Assembly: GCF_009914755.1 (NCBI RefSeq)
Contig: NC_060926.1
Origin: the human T2T-CHM13v2.0 reference genome, Homo sapiens
DNA length: 64,000 bases
Reading direction: 5' to 3' (one strand)
The notes below the pieces were generated by a model. That model was given only the letters and a program-made list of their open reading frames with translations. It had not been told where the DNA came from and ran no database searches. The first letter of the stretch is position 1. Each line of letters opens with the position of its first letter. The position numbers and the translations under genes are program-made. Below, piece by piece: positions 40,931 to 55,720 of this stretch.

Positions 40931-42929
40931 ACAAGCAAACAAAAGGAATACCTTCGTTTCCACTCAGGTTACCTGACTGCTCACCCTAGCCTTCCCGTAG
41001 GATTTTTGCGAGGATTAAACAAAAATCATTTCAAAGGCCTTAAGTGCTTTGTAAATACAAGTTGGGGGAATTTGTATCTGTTATCTGTGAATTTCCATGA
41101 AGCAAAAACCTATACCAGGTTTAAGCAACTGAATGAAACATAGATTTCTAATATTTGTTGAATGAGTGAAGAAAGGAATGAATGAAGAAATGAACAAATA
41201 TACACATATACACATATGGCTAGGTATGGGAACATGTAGATCCATTATTCCCAAAGCCCAAATATCACCTAAGACCTAGACTTGCTGACCGTGTTTTTGG
41301 TTTAAGTCAAGATGAATGGTCTGATTTTGACACTGGCCAAGCCTTGGACTTCAGGGATCCATGTGCATCTCTCCAGTTTACCTTCTGAGTGTTTGTGTGC
41401 AAAGTAACATCTACCAAGTCCCACTGCATATGGGAAAAATGTGCACAACCATCCACATATTGACTTATTTATTATTCCTGTAGATAAAATGGCTCTTTGG
41501 CAAGAATTTCTGTAAGGAACAAGTATAAACACTCAATAATATGCAGTAAATCAAATTCTAGACATCCCCAGCAGCATTAGTAAATCATGTTTTAAACATT
41601 AAAATGTTTTAAAACAGCTAACACACACACACACAATCTATATTTATTGGCTCATATCAGTTTGAATAAAATTATATAATATAAAGCTATTCCATAGCTC
41701 CAACGAGGAATTATGAGATTTTTCCCCCAGAATGAGATCCCAACTTGATTTTTTTTTTCTTTGCAGTGGCAGCTTAGGGAATTAGAGTGAGAATCAGGGG
41801 AACCTGGGTCTTAGATTCAGCTCCATCCCCATGTGATCTCTGGCAGAAAATGATCCCCTTTGGGGCACTAACTTTCTTAAACTATGAAAGTGAAGGGGCT
41901 GACCTCAGTTTAAAATTCTACTTCCAAATTCTGGGTAGTAGGTGTCAAGTCAACAGAGACGGTCTTTTCTGTAATGGGATCCCATCTGCTAAGGAGTATC
42001 CCAGGAAACTGAGGACCTCCTCGTAGTTGGGGCCCCCAGTTAGAAGCCAGACCAGAGGGAGGGAGCTGAGCCTAGCGGGGGTGGGGATGGGACAGGGGGG
42101 TGGGTGAAGAGTACATGTGCTCCTATGTGTACACGTATGCATGCCTGACTGCCTTCTACCACCGGAGGAAGTTAATAAGGCTGTTCACTGTTTGGAGCCC
42201 AGCACGTCATCCCCTGATCTGGAGTCTACTGAACACGGTGTCTTATGGACTACACTGTCTTCTCCTCTGAATCCCCACTTACCCCTCGAACTGTACTTGG
42301 ACCACCAGGAACATCGTAAGATACAGCCCAATAGCACTCACTGCATTTACCAGACAACTGCTGTCCAGGACACTGCCCGTGACACCACAGGGTTCCCTTT
42401 ATAATCCTCTTGGGGGAAATATTTTCCAGTCTCAGGGTCAGGAACTGTGCCTCTGAATAACTGGTGTGCATGTGCCTTGCAGACACTGAGCCATTCAACT
42501 GAGTCTCTTTGCACCGTCAGAAGCTCAGGCCAGCTCTCCACAGCCCCATCTGCCAAGTGTACAGACCCACACTGCATGGATTCTGTGCCCAAACCTCACT
42601 TCTGGCTTCATTTTATCTTCCCTTCCCTAACCTTCCCTTTGTCTCATTTTCATCTTCACTTGATTTATCTTTAGTGGCAAGCATTTTTAAAAGTGACATC
42701 AAGTCTTTTCCAGAACAAACCAAACTAGTATTTGGGCTATGTACCACACACATACACACTGCCCATGGCTCTGTGACCAGCAAGCTTTTTACTTTGTTAG
42801 ACAATCCCCACTTTGCATCCCAACCTCCTACCCTAACATGGGTCTGGAGTCCATGCTGGCACCTCTGACTGCTATGAGTCTCCTCATTCTTTCTTAAAGA
42901 GATGGATTGACTGATTTGATTTTGCCACG

Positions 42930-43110
42930 CATTTCACTTATCATAATCCTCATACTAACCCTGGGGATCAAAGCAGAGATTACTTTTGATATTTTGCAAA
43001 CGGGACAACTGAGGCTTAGAGAAATTCAGTAATCTGTCCATAGCTTCATAGCAAGCTAGAGAATCAGGTCTCCTGGTTCCTGGCTTGGGGGCCCGGACTC
43101 TGATTTTAGG
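42930..43110 (-). mobile_element. MIR SINE
   Basis: 'attttgcaaacgggacaactgaggcttagagaaattcagtaatctgtcca'. Confidence 0.7.
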
Positions 43111-43250
43111 GTACTCCTTCTCCAGCTCATCCCCTTGAGCGCAGAGAGAGGGGAGATCCAATCAGCACTCTGCATCCATTTATGAGGAGCTGCTTCTACG
43201 TACCAAGTTCCTTGCTGCTCCCAATGGAGAAAGCCAGAGGAGAGGAATGA

Positions 43251-43253
43251 GTG

Positions 43254-43296
<43 letters not shown>
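43251..43296 (+). repeat. Compound GT(GC)4(AC)18 microsatellite; (UG)18 in the pre-mRNA; Z-DNA prone
   Basis: Read directly; 46-bp alternating purine-pyrimidine run. Confidence 0.97.
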
Positions 43297-43298
<2 letters not shown>

Positions 43299-44309
43299 CT
43301 TAACCACAATAAAAACAAAAACCAGACAAGAAAATGGAGGATGACATCCTTTATAACACCGAGGCTTGAAAATGACAAGATGGTTTAATGAGGTATTTGG
43401 TTATGTGTAAAGTTGATAAATTTTAACATCCAAACAGGAGTTTAGGAAGGGAGGGGTGAGTGTGTCCCGGCTATCTAACGAAGGCGGAGGTAGGAGTGAG
43501 CCGAGGGGGCGCCGACACAGGAGCAGGGACAGCCGAGACAGCAGAGAGACTGGTCTGACTGCAGAGGAGGTCTGGGAGACCAGAGGGAGTGTGGAGAGGG
43601 TGAGGTTAGAAGACAGGAACACCGAGCTGCATCGGCCAAATGGAGCCTTAGGGGGCCATGTGAGGCTGAGGCAGGGAAGCAGGGATCCTGCCCTCCAGGT
43701 CCTTACAGTCAGGCGGGGACCAAAAGCACGAGGATGCCAGCCCAATTCCCTATTAGGCAAAACGCAGCACCATCTGCACAATCCCAGGAGCAAGAGCAGA
43801 TATTTTATAACTTCCTTTTTTCTTTTTAAGTCTAAATTAAAAATAAATGTTCCCTTCAGCTCTCAGATGTATATCTCTGGTGCAACCTGCCCACATTCCC
43901 TCCCGCTGCCCTTTCCAGAACATGGCAGGGGAAAGGAAGAAAGAGATGGATAGAGAGAGGGAGCCAGTCCACCCAGCTTCAATGCCAGTGGATTGCACCT
44001 CTTCCAAGAGGGAAACGATTCAGGCGTGGCCACGCAGACGGGTGGAGAGCGCCCAGAATGTGGCTGGTACCAAGGAAAGTGGAAGGAGAGGGAAACAGGA
44101 GCCAACAGCTATGATTTCTAGCCCAGCCTCCACCCTATCGCGCTGCAGGACCTTGGCCAAATCACACATCCTATCTCTGCTCCCATTTATAGTTCATAAC
44201 ATGGCTGAAGTCCCCTCTGCCGCTCCAGCCCCCTGGCAGCTGTGCTCTCTGCACATCCGTCTGTACCTTTGCTGCTCCCCTTCATTTTGGGTGTCCTACC
44301 ATGGACCTA

Positions 44310-44510
44310 GTGATTAACGCTCAGGCTCTGGTTGTCAAATGCTGGTGCCAGCATTTACCAGCTATGTGACCACAGGCAAGTCACTGGAGCTCTTTGTGCC
44401 TCTGTTTCTTCACCTGTTAAGTGAAGGACAATCCCAGTACCTCTCAGGATGGTTATGAGAGGAAGTAAGGTGTGGAGGAAATTCGCCTCAGCATGCAGCC
44501 TGCAGCAAGC
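44310..44510 (+). mobile_element. MIR SINE
   Basis: 'atttaccagctatgtgaccacaggcaagtcact...tgtgcctctgtttcttcacctgttaagtg'. Confidence 0.75.
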
Positions 44511-44879
44511 GCTCCCTGGATGCCGGTTGCCAGTGCCATTCTTCTCCTCCCATGTAGTTCTTTCCTGGCCTTTGCTGGTTTCTTTCTCTGAGCTCCATAG
44601 TCAGCATTACACCACTGAACATCGTCTCATCTCCATCTCGGGAACACAAGTCTTATCCCTCAGAGAACAGAGCTCTGGAAGGCAAAATTGGGGCTTTTCC
44701 CTCTTCTTCTGATGCCCCCGCCATGGCATTCAGCACAAAGCTGGGCCCACACCCCAGGGTGGAATAACACTCCTAATTATTAGATAATTATTGGCCAGGG
44801 AAAGATCTCTGCTGGACTGGGACAATGCACTCCTGACTCCTTTTATTAAGTCCTAATTGCAGGGGGTGGGGGTGGGAGA

Positions 44880-45660
<781 letters not shown>

Positions 45661-48600
45661 CAGCTTACTACATATGCGGAGTGACTATGCTGTTCTTTCT
45701 AGTCCAAAATTCTGTACCATTATGAATATGCCTTGAATTAAGTCTTCACCAGGGATGCTGGCTCCTAAGCAGCCCTGCTTATCAAACCCACCCAATCCAG
45801 GGGCCATCAGCCCATCTCTAGGGCTGCCCTGACAGGCCCAGGAAGAGGGGCAGTTTGTGCTTGAGCCTAGTCTCAAGACAGAGTAAGGAATGGGGCCAAT
45901 GGCACCCATATGGTAACTTGCTACAAGAAAAATCACATCTTCACTTTGGGCCTCCTCCTTCAGAGTATTCTAACTGCTGCAGAGAGATGAGGTCTCAATC
46001 TGGGAGAGAGGCACCCCCAAATATCTCAGTCTGCTTGGCCAGAAGTGGAACATGAACAGCTGAAGATAAAGGCAGGAGGGGTAAGGCCACTGCCACAGTT
46101 CTGTGTACGATGATATCAGGACTCAGAACTGAGCAAGCCCCCACCCCCTTGGCCACCTCCCATACAAAACTGACTCAAACTACAGGAGAAAGGTTTTTTT
46201 AAAAGCGTGGGAAACCTGGAGAGGAAATGGGGTATGCGTCAAAACAACTGGGTGGTAAAACTGAAGCCAGGGGAAGACTAGGGCGAACTGTCTTGTTCGC
46301 CAAGATAATGGAAATAATCATCCCTCTCACCCTTCACCCCATTTCTGCTTGGCTAATCCCTCCCTCCTCATCCTTCAGGTTTCAGTTTAGGCGTCACTTC
46401 CTCCAGGATGTCTCCTCTGACCCTCACAGTGAGGTTAGGTCTGTCACGCGCTCTCCGGCACCCTGCATGCCTTCTCTGTACCATTCACCTCATCAGCAAA
46501 AAGCTGTGGAAAGTTTATCTTCCTCGAGAGCTTCTATAAGCTTCAGAGAAATGAGGCCCCTCCACGCTGCCTCCCCACATACCCGGGAGCCTCCCAGGTA
46601 GAGCAAGTGTCTTTACATCTCATCCCCTTCCGCCACACTGACTCGCTCAACTCCAAAATGTTCCTCTTTGTCATCCACCATGGGCCGCAGTACCCCAACA
46701 CACAACAATTGTCCTGTTTTTTCCTTCTACTGTGTCTCCATCTTCTGATTTATGTGGCTAATGATCTGAAAGTTACACTTCAGTGTATAAGGGGTGTTGC
46801 TACTTAAAGGATGTCAGCCAGTTAAAGAAAATCTCTGTCAAATGAATGTTTACCCCAGACCGGTCAATTCTAGCTTCACTGGAGCGACACCTCCTGTGTG
46901 GTGAGCTAGGTCAACATGGCTGGGGTCTGGTAATGCTGGAGGAAGGCCAGGGAGAACATTGGGATTGGGATTTAAATGTGCAAAAAAGCAGAGGAGGGAT
47001 GAGGCGGCTTGGGAGATGTCAGGAGGGCCCTGGGAAACACCCCTGGAGATGAAGTGGCCGACACCAGCATCTTCTGATACTTAGAGTCTCTAAGCCCATG
47101 TGATCACCTGTGTGTTAAAATGAAGGAGTGCAAAGTACAGAGTCCAAGTTCTTAATGTCTCAAGACAGAAATCGGATTTAGACTTAACCTAAGGCCACCA
47201 GACCCAATAACTAGGTGTTCATGGTCTGCCCTCCTTAGCACCCTGGGCTGGAAATGAGGCATTTGGTCCCTAAGTTTTGAGAGTTCGACATGACATGGAG
47301 CGGGGAGAAGGAGAGGGGAGGGAAGCAGTGCTGTGGGGAGCTCAGGGCTGAGAGAGGCACAAATGCTCTCTGGGAGAGCCCCAGGCCCATGAGGGAAACC
47401 CAGGCCCTGGCATCCGAGGCATTCCGCAGCAGCCAAGGGAAGAGGGCGCAGGAGCAGAGGAGAAATGGAGAGGGCAGGCAGGACGAGGGCCGGACCACCA
47501 GGGCCAAGCCGGGCCCTGCCTCTCCCAGGCCACGTGCATGGAAGCGGCAGTGCTGTGCTTAGGGGAAACCTGGGAAGGGAGAGGCCGTGTATAAGAAGCA
47601 ACCACGCTGGCGGGTTTTTTCTGGAAAGATACCTGAAGAAAGGGAGTGACGAACCGCAGAGCCTCAGGGACAGCCTCAGTGCACCGGCATAGCCGCGGTG
47701 CTTATGTATAAATTGGGATCTCTTTGCCACACACCGAAGGGGGAAAAAGTTCCCATCTTCAAATGTTAAGCTTAAAATAAGACACTACATGGTTGCCAGT
47801 GGATCTGTGAAATCTGCTGACTAAACTGGCACCAGCCTCTGGGAGAAAACCAGCTCGTTTCTCCTGAGCTCTGGGGGGCGAGCAGGGTAGGGCGAGGTGA
47901 CTCCCGGGCAAAGTGGAAACAGCGTAGGGGTCAAGCTGGGGATGTGCACCTGGGCAGAAGGCAGCTTGACTGTGGTTTCCAGAAGCTTCTCAGTTGAGGC
48001 ACCTGCCAGCCTTACTCGCCCCTTCCCTTCATCACTCAGGGACCCAGTTCCTAGCACATTCGCTGGCACCCTCGTTTCTATTTTGGTAAGCATTTTTAGT
48101 GGCTTCTGCATGCGTATATTTTCTTACCCACTCCATCAGACCAGGGGCTTTCCTAAGGTGTGGACTGGAACCTTCACTCCCCTTCAGACCAGGCATTTGC
48201 TTAAATGTTCAGTGCTACCAGGCGACAGCAGGGCCTTGGAGAAGCTGATGGGGCTGCAGGAAGCACTGGAGCAGCCAGCATGCTCTTTCCACACAAGACG
48301 AGGCAGTGGCCCAGGGGTGGGGAGGAGTGGTGACGGACCATGTTGCTTGTCCATGTGAAAGTGCCAAGGTGGGAGGCCCAGGTTCTTCAAATCCAGTGGT
48401 TCCTCTGGAGACTCAGCCTCTGGCTTGACTGTTCTGAACCTCAGGATACAGATATCTGGGGCTAGGAAGTGGGGATAGGTGAGCATTGTCATTTCAGTTC
48501 TGGCTGCCTCGTAGAGCTGCTGGGAGGTATCCCAGGCCATGCTCCCCATTTCGCCTCCATCAAGTATTCACACAGGATCTTGGGGGCCAGGGCATCCTCT

Positions 48601-49054
48601 TCTTACACCACATGCGTTTATTCACAGAAGGATGCTTGCTCCAGGCTGGGAAAGGATCGGTCCTGTTAGGACATTCACAGCATCTGCTTCAGCAATGAAC
48701 CCCTGAATGGCAGGGGAGTGGATCAGCATCCAAGTCTCCCACCTGCCTACAGGGCCATAGTGACCCTGCAATGATGGGCTTGTCTAGGGTAGGGTAAGGA
48801 GAGAGTGGAAACGTATGGGGTGAGCCTCAGTAACTCCTTGTGAATGGAAGACAGTGCTGGCATCTGCTGGGTTGGCCAGTTCTTCCCACTTGATGGCAGC
48901 TGATAATTGTGTAAGGGTCCATTTGGCTTCTCAGGGAAAAATGAGCCCCACATTCAACTTTTGCCATTTCAAATACCCAGTTACCCAGTTTAACAAAGTG
49001 ATGATACCACCAAATTGTATATCTTTTAAAGTGTTGATGGAATATTTATAAAAG

Positions 49055-49565
49055 TTATTATGGCATTCTTGTTTGCCTATCACCATTCTTCCCTTCTTTC
49101 TTACTAATAGAATCCTTATATAATTGGGGATCAACTATATACCCAGCTAAATTCTAAATGAAATGTATATACCCAGCTAAATTCTGAATGAAATATATGC
49201 AGAACATGGAATGTTGCATGGAAATTCCCAAAAGGCTCCTTAAAGAGAGGCTGTATCTTAAAGATAAATGTATTTCGGTTGGGAGATATAGCCTACTATT
49301 CTTCTTTTCTTTCTCCTCTCTGGAATGTGAATGTGATGGCTGGAACTCCAGCAGCCATCTCGGGCTATGGGGTGACTTTTTACAATAGAAGCCAGTACTG
49401 AAAATGGTGGTGTAGAAAAATGGAAGTCTGGGTTCCTGATGATATTGTGGGGGTCCTCCTTATCTCCAAACTTCTTTGACATAAGAGAGAAATAAACTAT
49501 TTTGTTTAAGCCACTGTTATTTTGGACTTTGTTACATGCAGATGACCCTGATCCTAACTGACATA
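49055..49565 (+). mobile_element. MLT1J-like LTR
   Basis: 'gaatgtgatggctggaactccagcagccatct...agagagaaataaact..tgtttaagccactgttattttgg...cctaactgacata'. Confidence 0.8.
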
Positions 49566-50049
49566 TTCAGATACCATGCTACAAAGAAAACCACAATAAA
49601 TCCCAAATGGCAAAATTTGGCAAAATTGTAGAGGTCACTTTCTCTGAAAATAAGATAAGCTAGAACATAACAAAAGAACACATTTTTTAAAACCCAACCA
49701 CTTAGAATTTAAAATGTGTTCTTCTAATTGACTAAAGAGGATTTGAAATTATAATTCCAAGCTTATTTAGAAAATAACAACATAAGATCACTATATATGA
49801 AAACATATCAGATATAGCCATGTTTTAGATATATTCAGAGGCAAATTCACAGCACTAAACACTTTCATTAGAAGGAAAATAAATAAACTAAGCATTCAAG
49901 GCAAAAAGTAAGAAAACCAACCACAAACAAAGAAAGGAGGGAAAAAGGATATTATAAAAACAAAAGCATAAAAGAATAATTAGAATACAGAATTGATAAA
50001 TACATCCAAGAGCTGATTCCACGACATAGCTTTCACAAATCAATCAATT

Positions 50050-50309
<260 letters not shown>

Positions 50310-51593
50310 TAATAAAGGAGATGGAGGTGTGGAGTGGAAAAAGACTCAAATCAATCAAAAGAGAGATCATTATATTTAAAGACATCAATATTTAAAACTT
50401 TTCTATAACAAAGACACCAGAGAATAAGGGAGAAACAGCTGGAGAAGAGACGTGCCATATATATAATCCAAAGGATTAATGTCCAAAATACATAAAGAGC
50501 TCTTACAAATCAACTAGAAAAATATGGCCCATGGAAGAATGGACAAAGAGTGTGAACAGGTAATTCAGAGAAGGGGGAATACAAATCACCAATAAATAGA
50601 TTTAAAAAGCACCAACATCTTTTTGGTGTTTATGGAAACAAAAATTTAAAGTATAATGAGAATCTACCCCTTCTCCCATCAGATTGGCAAAAACGTTAAA
50701 AAGATGAATGAATACTAGTGTTACAAAAGCATGGAGAAATATAGTCTTTTTGAAGGGAAATTCAGCCATATCTGTTAAAGATGTAAATGTGTGTAGCTTT
50801 TTATGCAGCAAATTCACTTTCTGGAAGTGCCCTTGAGAAACCCTTATCCTTGTGCAAAAATGGCTTTACAAAGATTTTTCACAGCACAATCGTTTCTAAT
50901 AGCAAATAATCGGACATAACCTCAACCCATCACACTGGAGGAGAGGGTGCCATTCAGCAGAGAAAACAAACAAATAAATAAATGAAGCCAATTGTTATGG
51001 AGGCAAACTGCTAAGTGTCATAAGCTAACCATAGATAAATAAGTATATTGTTATATTTTAATGGAAAACTCCACAAAACAAAAAAACACTTTAAATGACT
51101 TAAATGTATGCAGATATCTAGAAAAAGCCTAGAGGCACACACCAAACTTCTTACAGGGGTTACTCTGGGCAGAGATTCGGGGTTGAGGAGCATCACAAGG
51201 ACCTCTACTTTTGGTTGTATTGTTTAAATTCTGAGCTGAGAGAACATTCATGTATTACTTGTATAACTTTTAAAATATTCTTTATAAAACATTCTTGGTG
51301 GTATTTTTGAATCCCAAAGAACATATTCATGTATTACTTGTATAATTTTATAAAATATACAGAGAAGATTTTTTTTTAAATCCTAGGAGATATTTCTGAA
51401 CTCCAAAGATAAAGAGAAAAAATATCAAACGATTCCAGGGGAAGGGGGAAGTTTACCTAGAAAGGAAAAGAAAATCAGGCCAACTATTGTTCATGTATGA
51501 AAGAGAAAAAAAGATCTCCAGATATGCAAAGATTCAGAAAGGCATATTACCCCTATATTCTGAATATTGTTCTAAAGGGTATTCTAGCCAAAC

Positions 51594-51594
<1 letters not shown>

Positions 51595-51643
<49 letters not shown>
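51595..51643 (+). repeat. (CA)n microsatellite, about 24 units
   Basis: Read directly from the sequence. Confidence 0.98.
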
Positions 51644-51644
<1 letters not shown>

Positions 51645-52343
51645 CCTAAATAATTGTTAAGTATAATACAGGTGTTAAGAAAGGCTTTATAAATCTGATG
51701 AAATTCCAGATGATTTCCAAAAACTTGGCAGGTGTGTGGAGGGAGGTAAAATGATCAAGTAGAGAGTAGAGTGAAATTACATGCTACAGGTCTCCTCCTA
51801 TGTGGGTAGCGTTAGGTAAGTCATATTTATTATTTGACTCTTGATTATAAAGTATATATAATGCAACCTCTCTGTACTATAAAATATGACAGATGAATGG
51901 TAAGTAGAGAAAATTAGGATGCTCCCCTTCCAAACTAAAGAAACTAAAGGACTTATCCTCTAGTATAAATCAGGAGAAGAAGTGGAAACAATAACAAAGC
52001 TTAATAAAAAGCTAACAGCCACAAGAAAACCCATTTGACAGCTGGGATATGCAGTCATAACCATCAGTGGCAGAATAAATACGAATGGGTTCCATTTCTC
52101 ATTAAAATTAAAGGCAGTGTTTCTCAAACTGAGTTAAATGTAAGTAGCCTTTTTATGCAGCAAAAGTAGAATTCAGCTATATTTTGTCCAAAAGAGATGT
52201 GTAATACAAAATGGCACAGAAATTAAATGACTCTGACATAAAGGTACAGGCAATGATATATAATGCAAGTCATTTAAGCAAAACAGGAATAAAAAAATTA
52301 AGAGAAAATTCAAGGCAAGAATAATCAATGAAACAGGGATATT

Positions 52344-52345
<2 letters not shown>

Positions 52346-52383
<38 letters not shown>
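52346..52383 (+). repeat. (GT)19 microsatellite
   Basis: Read directly from the sequence. Confidence 0.98.
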
Positions 52384-52386
<3 letters not shown>

Positions 52387-54388
52387 AGAGATAGAGATGA
52401 TATCAAGAAGACAAAACTGTCTGAACACACCAAACACCATTGCATTGAAATCTATAAGACAACCGCAAGAAATGCAAAGAAATGAAACACACACTTGCAC
52501 ATACACACAATTATGGTGGGAAATTTATAAACCTTTCTCAGAATATTTCAGAACAATGTAGTAGTTTCAGGGCAACGACATAAAAATAGAGATGTGAATA
52601 ATACCTCTCTCGATATATTTATATATTTTTAAATATATGTATAAAATGAAATATTTCAAGGATACAGAAAAGTCTAGAGGATAACGAGCATCCATATATG
52701 TCCAATCTTATTTCGTCAATTTTTTTGTGAAGATGTTTTTAAAAGATGAAACACTATAAATACAAATGAAGCACCCCCTGTTCTCCTGCTAAATTTCATT
52801 GCTTTCTCTCCCCAGAGGTAAACAGTATCACGAAGCCGGTGCTTATTGTTCCCATGGATGTTTTTAAGGATGCATTAAAAATGTACTCATAAACTATATA
52901 TAATATTGCTTTGCATATTTTTTAACATTATATAAATGACAGAGAGCATTACTACTCTGCTACTATTTTTTCATTCAACATTGTTTTTGAGATTTATCCA
53001 TATTCATAAATGTCGCCCTTGCTCATTGTTTTCTTTCCTGTGTTAAGTATTCCACTGCGTGACTAAGCCATGACTGATTCATTTTCTTGTTGATGGAATT
53101 TCAGCGGTTTCCAATTTTTTGCTATCATAAACATTGCTGCAAATATTTTCTTTTCATATTTAAATGTCCTTTTGCATATAAGGTGATGTAGAGATCTGAC
53201 TTTCTTTCTTTTCCACATAGGTAGCCAGCTGTCCCAGCACCATATAATACTATTAGATGGTTTGTCCTTTTTCTCCACTGATTTGTAATGCCACCTTAGT
53301 CAAATCTTAAATTTCCATATGGGCATGTCTCCAGGTTCTCTGTTCTGTTCCACTGACATATTTGCTTATCACTGTACCAAAACCAAGTTGTCTTATAATA
53401 TTTGGTAGGGTGAGTCCTCTCCCACCACCTTATTCTTGAAAATTGTCTTCACTATTCTTATCCCCTAGCTTGTATTCATGTAACTTTTCATAGCAACCTG
53501 TCAAGTTCCATAACAAATCCTGATGAGATTATGACTGAAATTACATTGAATATAGATTTTAATTTGAAGAAAACAAAATGATACAGCTCTCCACTTATTT
53601 AGATCTCCAATGTCCTTCAATAAAGTTGTATATGTTTCTCTATTAAGGTCTTGAATATTGTTTCTTGAATTTATTTTTATATCCCTTATTGTCTAAAATA
53701 CTATTGTAAATGACATCTTTTATAAAAATCATATTCTAGATGTTTGTTTTAGGTTTATAGGCATACAAAATTTTTTTGTATACTTGTCTTACATCCAGAA
53801 ATCTTTTAAAATAGTTCCAATAGTTTGTCTATTCTCATAAATGTTTTTCTTTCTTTCTTTCCAACTCTAATACCATTGTTTATTTTTTCATGTCTTACTG
53901 CACTTGCTAGTCTTCCAGGAAAATGTTAGATAGAAGCAACATTATCAGTCATTCTTACCCTGTCCAACACATTAAGAATTTACCTTTGTTTCATCTTTAA
54001 GACAGGTGCTTGCTATGGTTGGTTTAAATCATTTTTTATAGACACTATCAAGTTAAGAAAGTTCCTTCTAGACCTAATCTGTTGTTTTTATCATAATAAT
54101 TACCGTAAATTGAGTTATGTTTTATTTTATCAAATACTTTTTCTGTATTTACTGGGGAAATCATGTTTCTCCTTCAGTTTCTCAGTGTGATCAACTAATA
54201 TTAATACATTCTCTAATGTTATCATATTTGGTAAAAAGCATTTCGTTATGATGTACTTTGATGCATTGCTGGAATCAGATTGCTATTATTTTATTTCATA
54301 ATTTTTACATGTAATTTCATAAGTGATATTGGCTTATACTTTTTCTTTCTTATACTTACTTTGGTATTGGTCTCAAAGTGCCTCATAA

Positions 54389-54571
<183 letters not shown>

Positions 54572-54728
54572 TGAAAGCTTTATAAAATTAAGTTCAGCTC
54601 TTCCTTTGGGAACAGTCACCTGGAAGATCAGAGCCCAGTGATAATTTTGGGTTTGTTTGTTCTTTGGTGCAAATATTTTAAACTGCAAATTAAATTTCCT
54701 TTTATTTATAGGTCTATTCAGATTTTAA

Positions 54729-54898
54729 GGCCAGGTGTGATGGCTCATGCCTGTAATCCCAACACTTTGGGAGGCTGAGGCAGGAGGGATCACTTGATCC
54801 CAGGAATTTGAGGTTGCAGTGGGCCATGATCGCATCACTGCACTCCAGCCTGGGAGACAGAGTGATACCTTGTCTCCAAAAAAGAAAAAAAAAAAAAA
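54729..54898 (+). mobile_element. Alu monomer (left-arm start fused to right-arm end; FRAM/AluJ-like)
   Basis: GGCCAGGTG...CCCAACACTTTGGGAGG...GAGGTTGCAGTG...TGTCTC followed by polyA. Confidence 0.85.
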
Positions 54899-55362
54899 GA
54901 CTCTATATTTCGTCTTTCTAGGCAGTTTTGGTAAGCTGTATTTTCCCAGAAATGTATTCATTTCTTCTAAGTCTTTAAATGTATTGCCTTGAGTTGTTCA
55001 ATGCATTCTGATCTTTTATTCTGCTACTGCATCTATAATTATTGTACTTCTTATTGCTAATGCTGTTTATTTGTATCTTCTCTCTTTTGTCTTGATCAAT
55101 CTTTCTAGAAATGTCTATTTAATTAGTCCTTCTATAGAACCTAGGAATTTACCCTGAAGATATATTCCAACAATATCACAAGATTACCATTTTGGCATTA
55201 TTCATGATGGCAAAGTATTACAAATAATCTAATGTAAGAAATTATCTAAATAAATCATGGTACTTCCACTTAGTAGAATACTATATAGCTGTAAAAAAGT
55301 AATAATGAGGAAGATCTCTATAAATCGATATACAGTGATTTTCAAGATATATCAAGTGGAAG

Positions 55363-55663
55363 AGCTGGGGCAGTGGCTCACACCTGTAATCCCAACACTT
55401 TGGGAGGCTGAGGCGAGTGGATCACTTGAGGCCAGGAGTTCAAGACTAGCCTGGCCAACATGGCGAAACCCCATCTCTACTAAAAACACAAAAATTAGCC
55501 AGGTGTGGAGGTGCATGCCTGTAATCCCAGCTATTCAGAAGGCTGAGGCAGGAGAATCGCTTGAACCTGGCATCCGAGGCTGCAGTGAGCAGAGATCATG
55601 CCACTGCGCTCCAGCCTGGGAGACAGAGTGAGACTCTGTCTAAAACAAACAAACAAACAAACA
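55363..55663 (+). mobile_element. Alu (Sz/J-like) with (CAAA)n tail
   Basis: Full dimer. Confidence 0.93.
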
Positions 55664-55720
55664 ATGAAACCACAAAAAACAGATATACTGAGCGAAAAAA
55701 ACATTGTGCAAAAGGGTGTA

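Noticed and set aside
43497-43514. CTCF-like GCCGAGGGGGCGCC
   Set aside because: The 3' core matches but the 5' CCASY half does not; weaker than the two reported sites.
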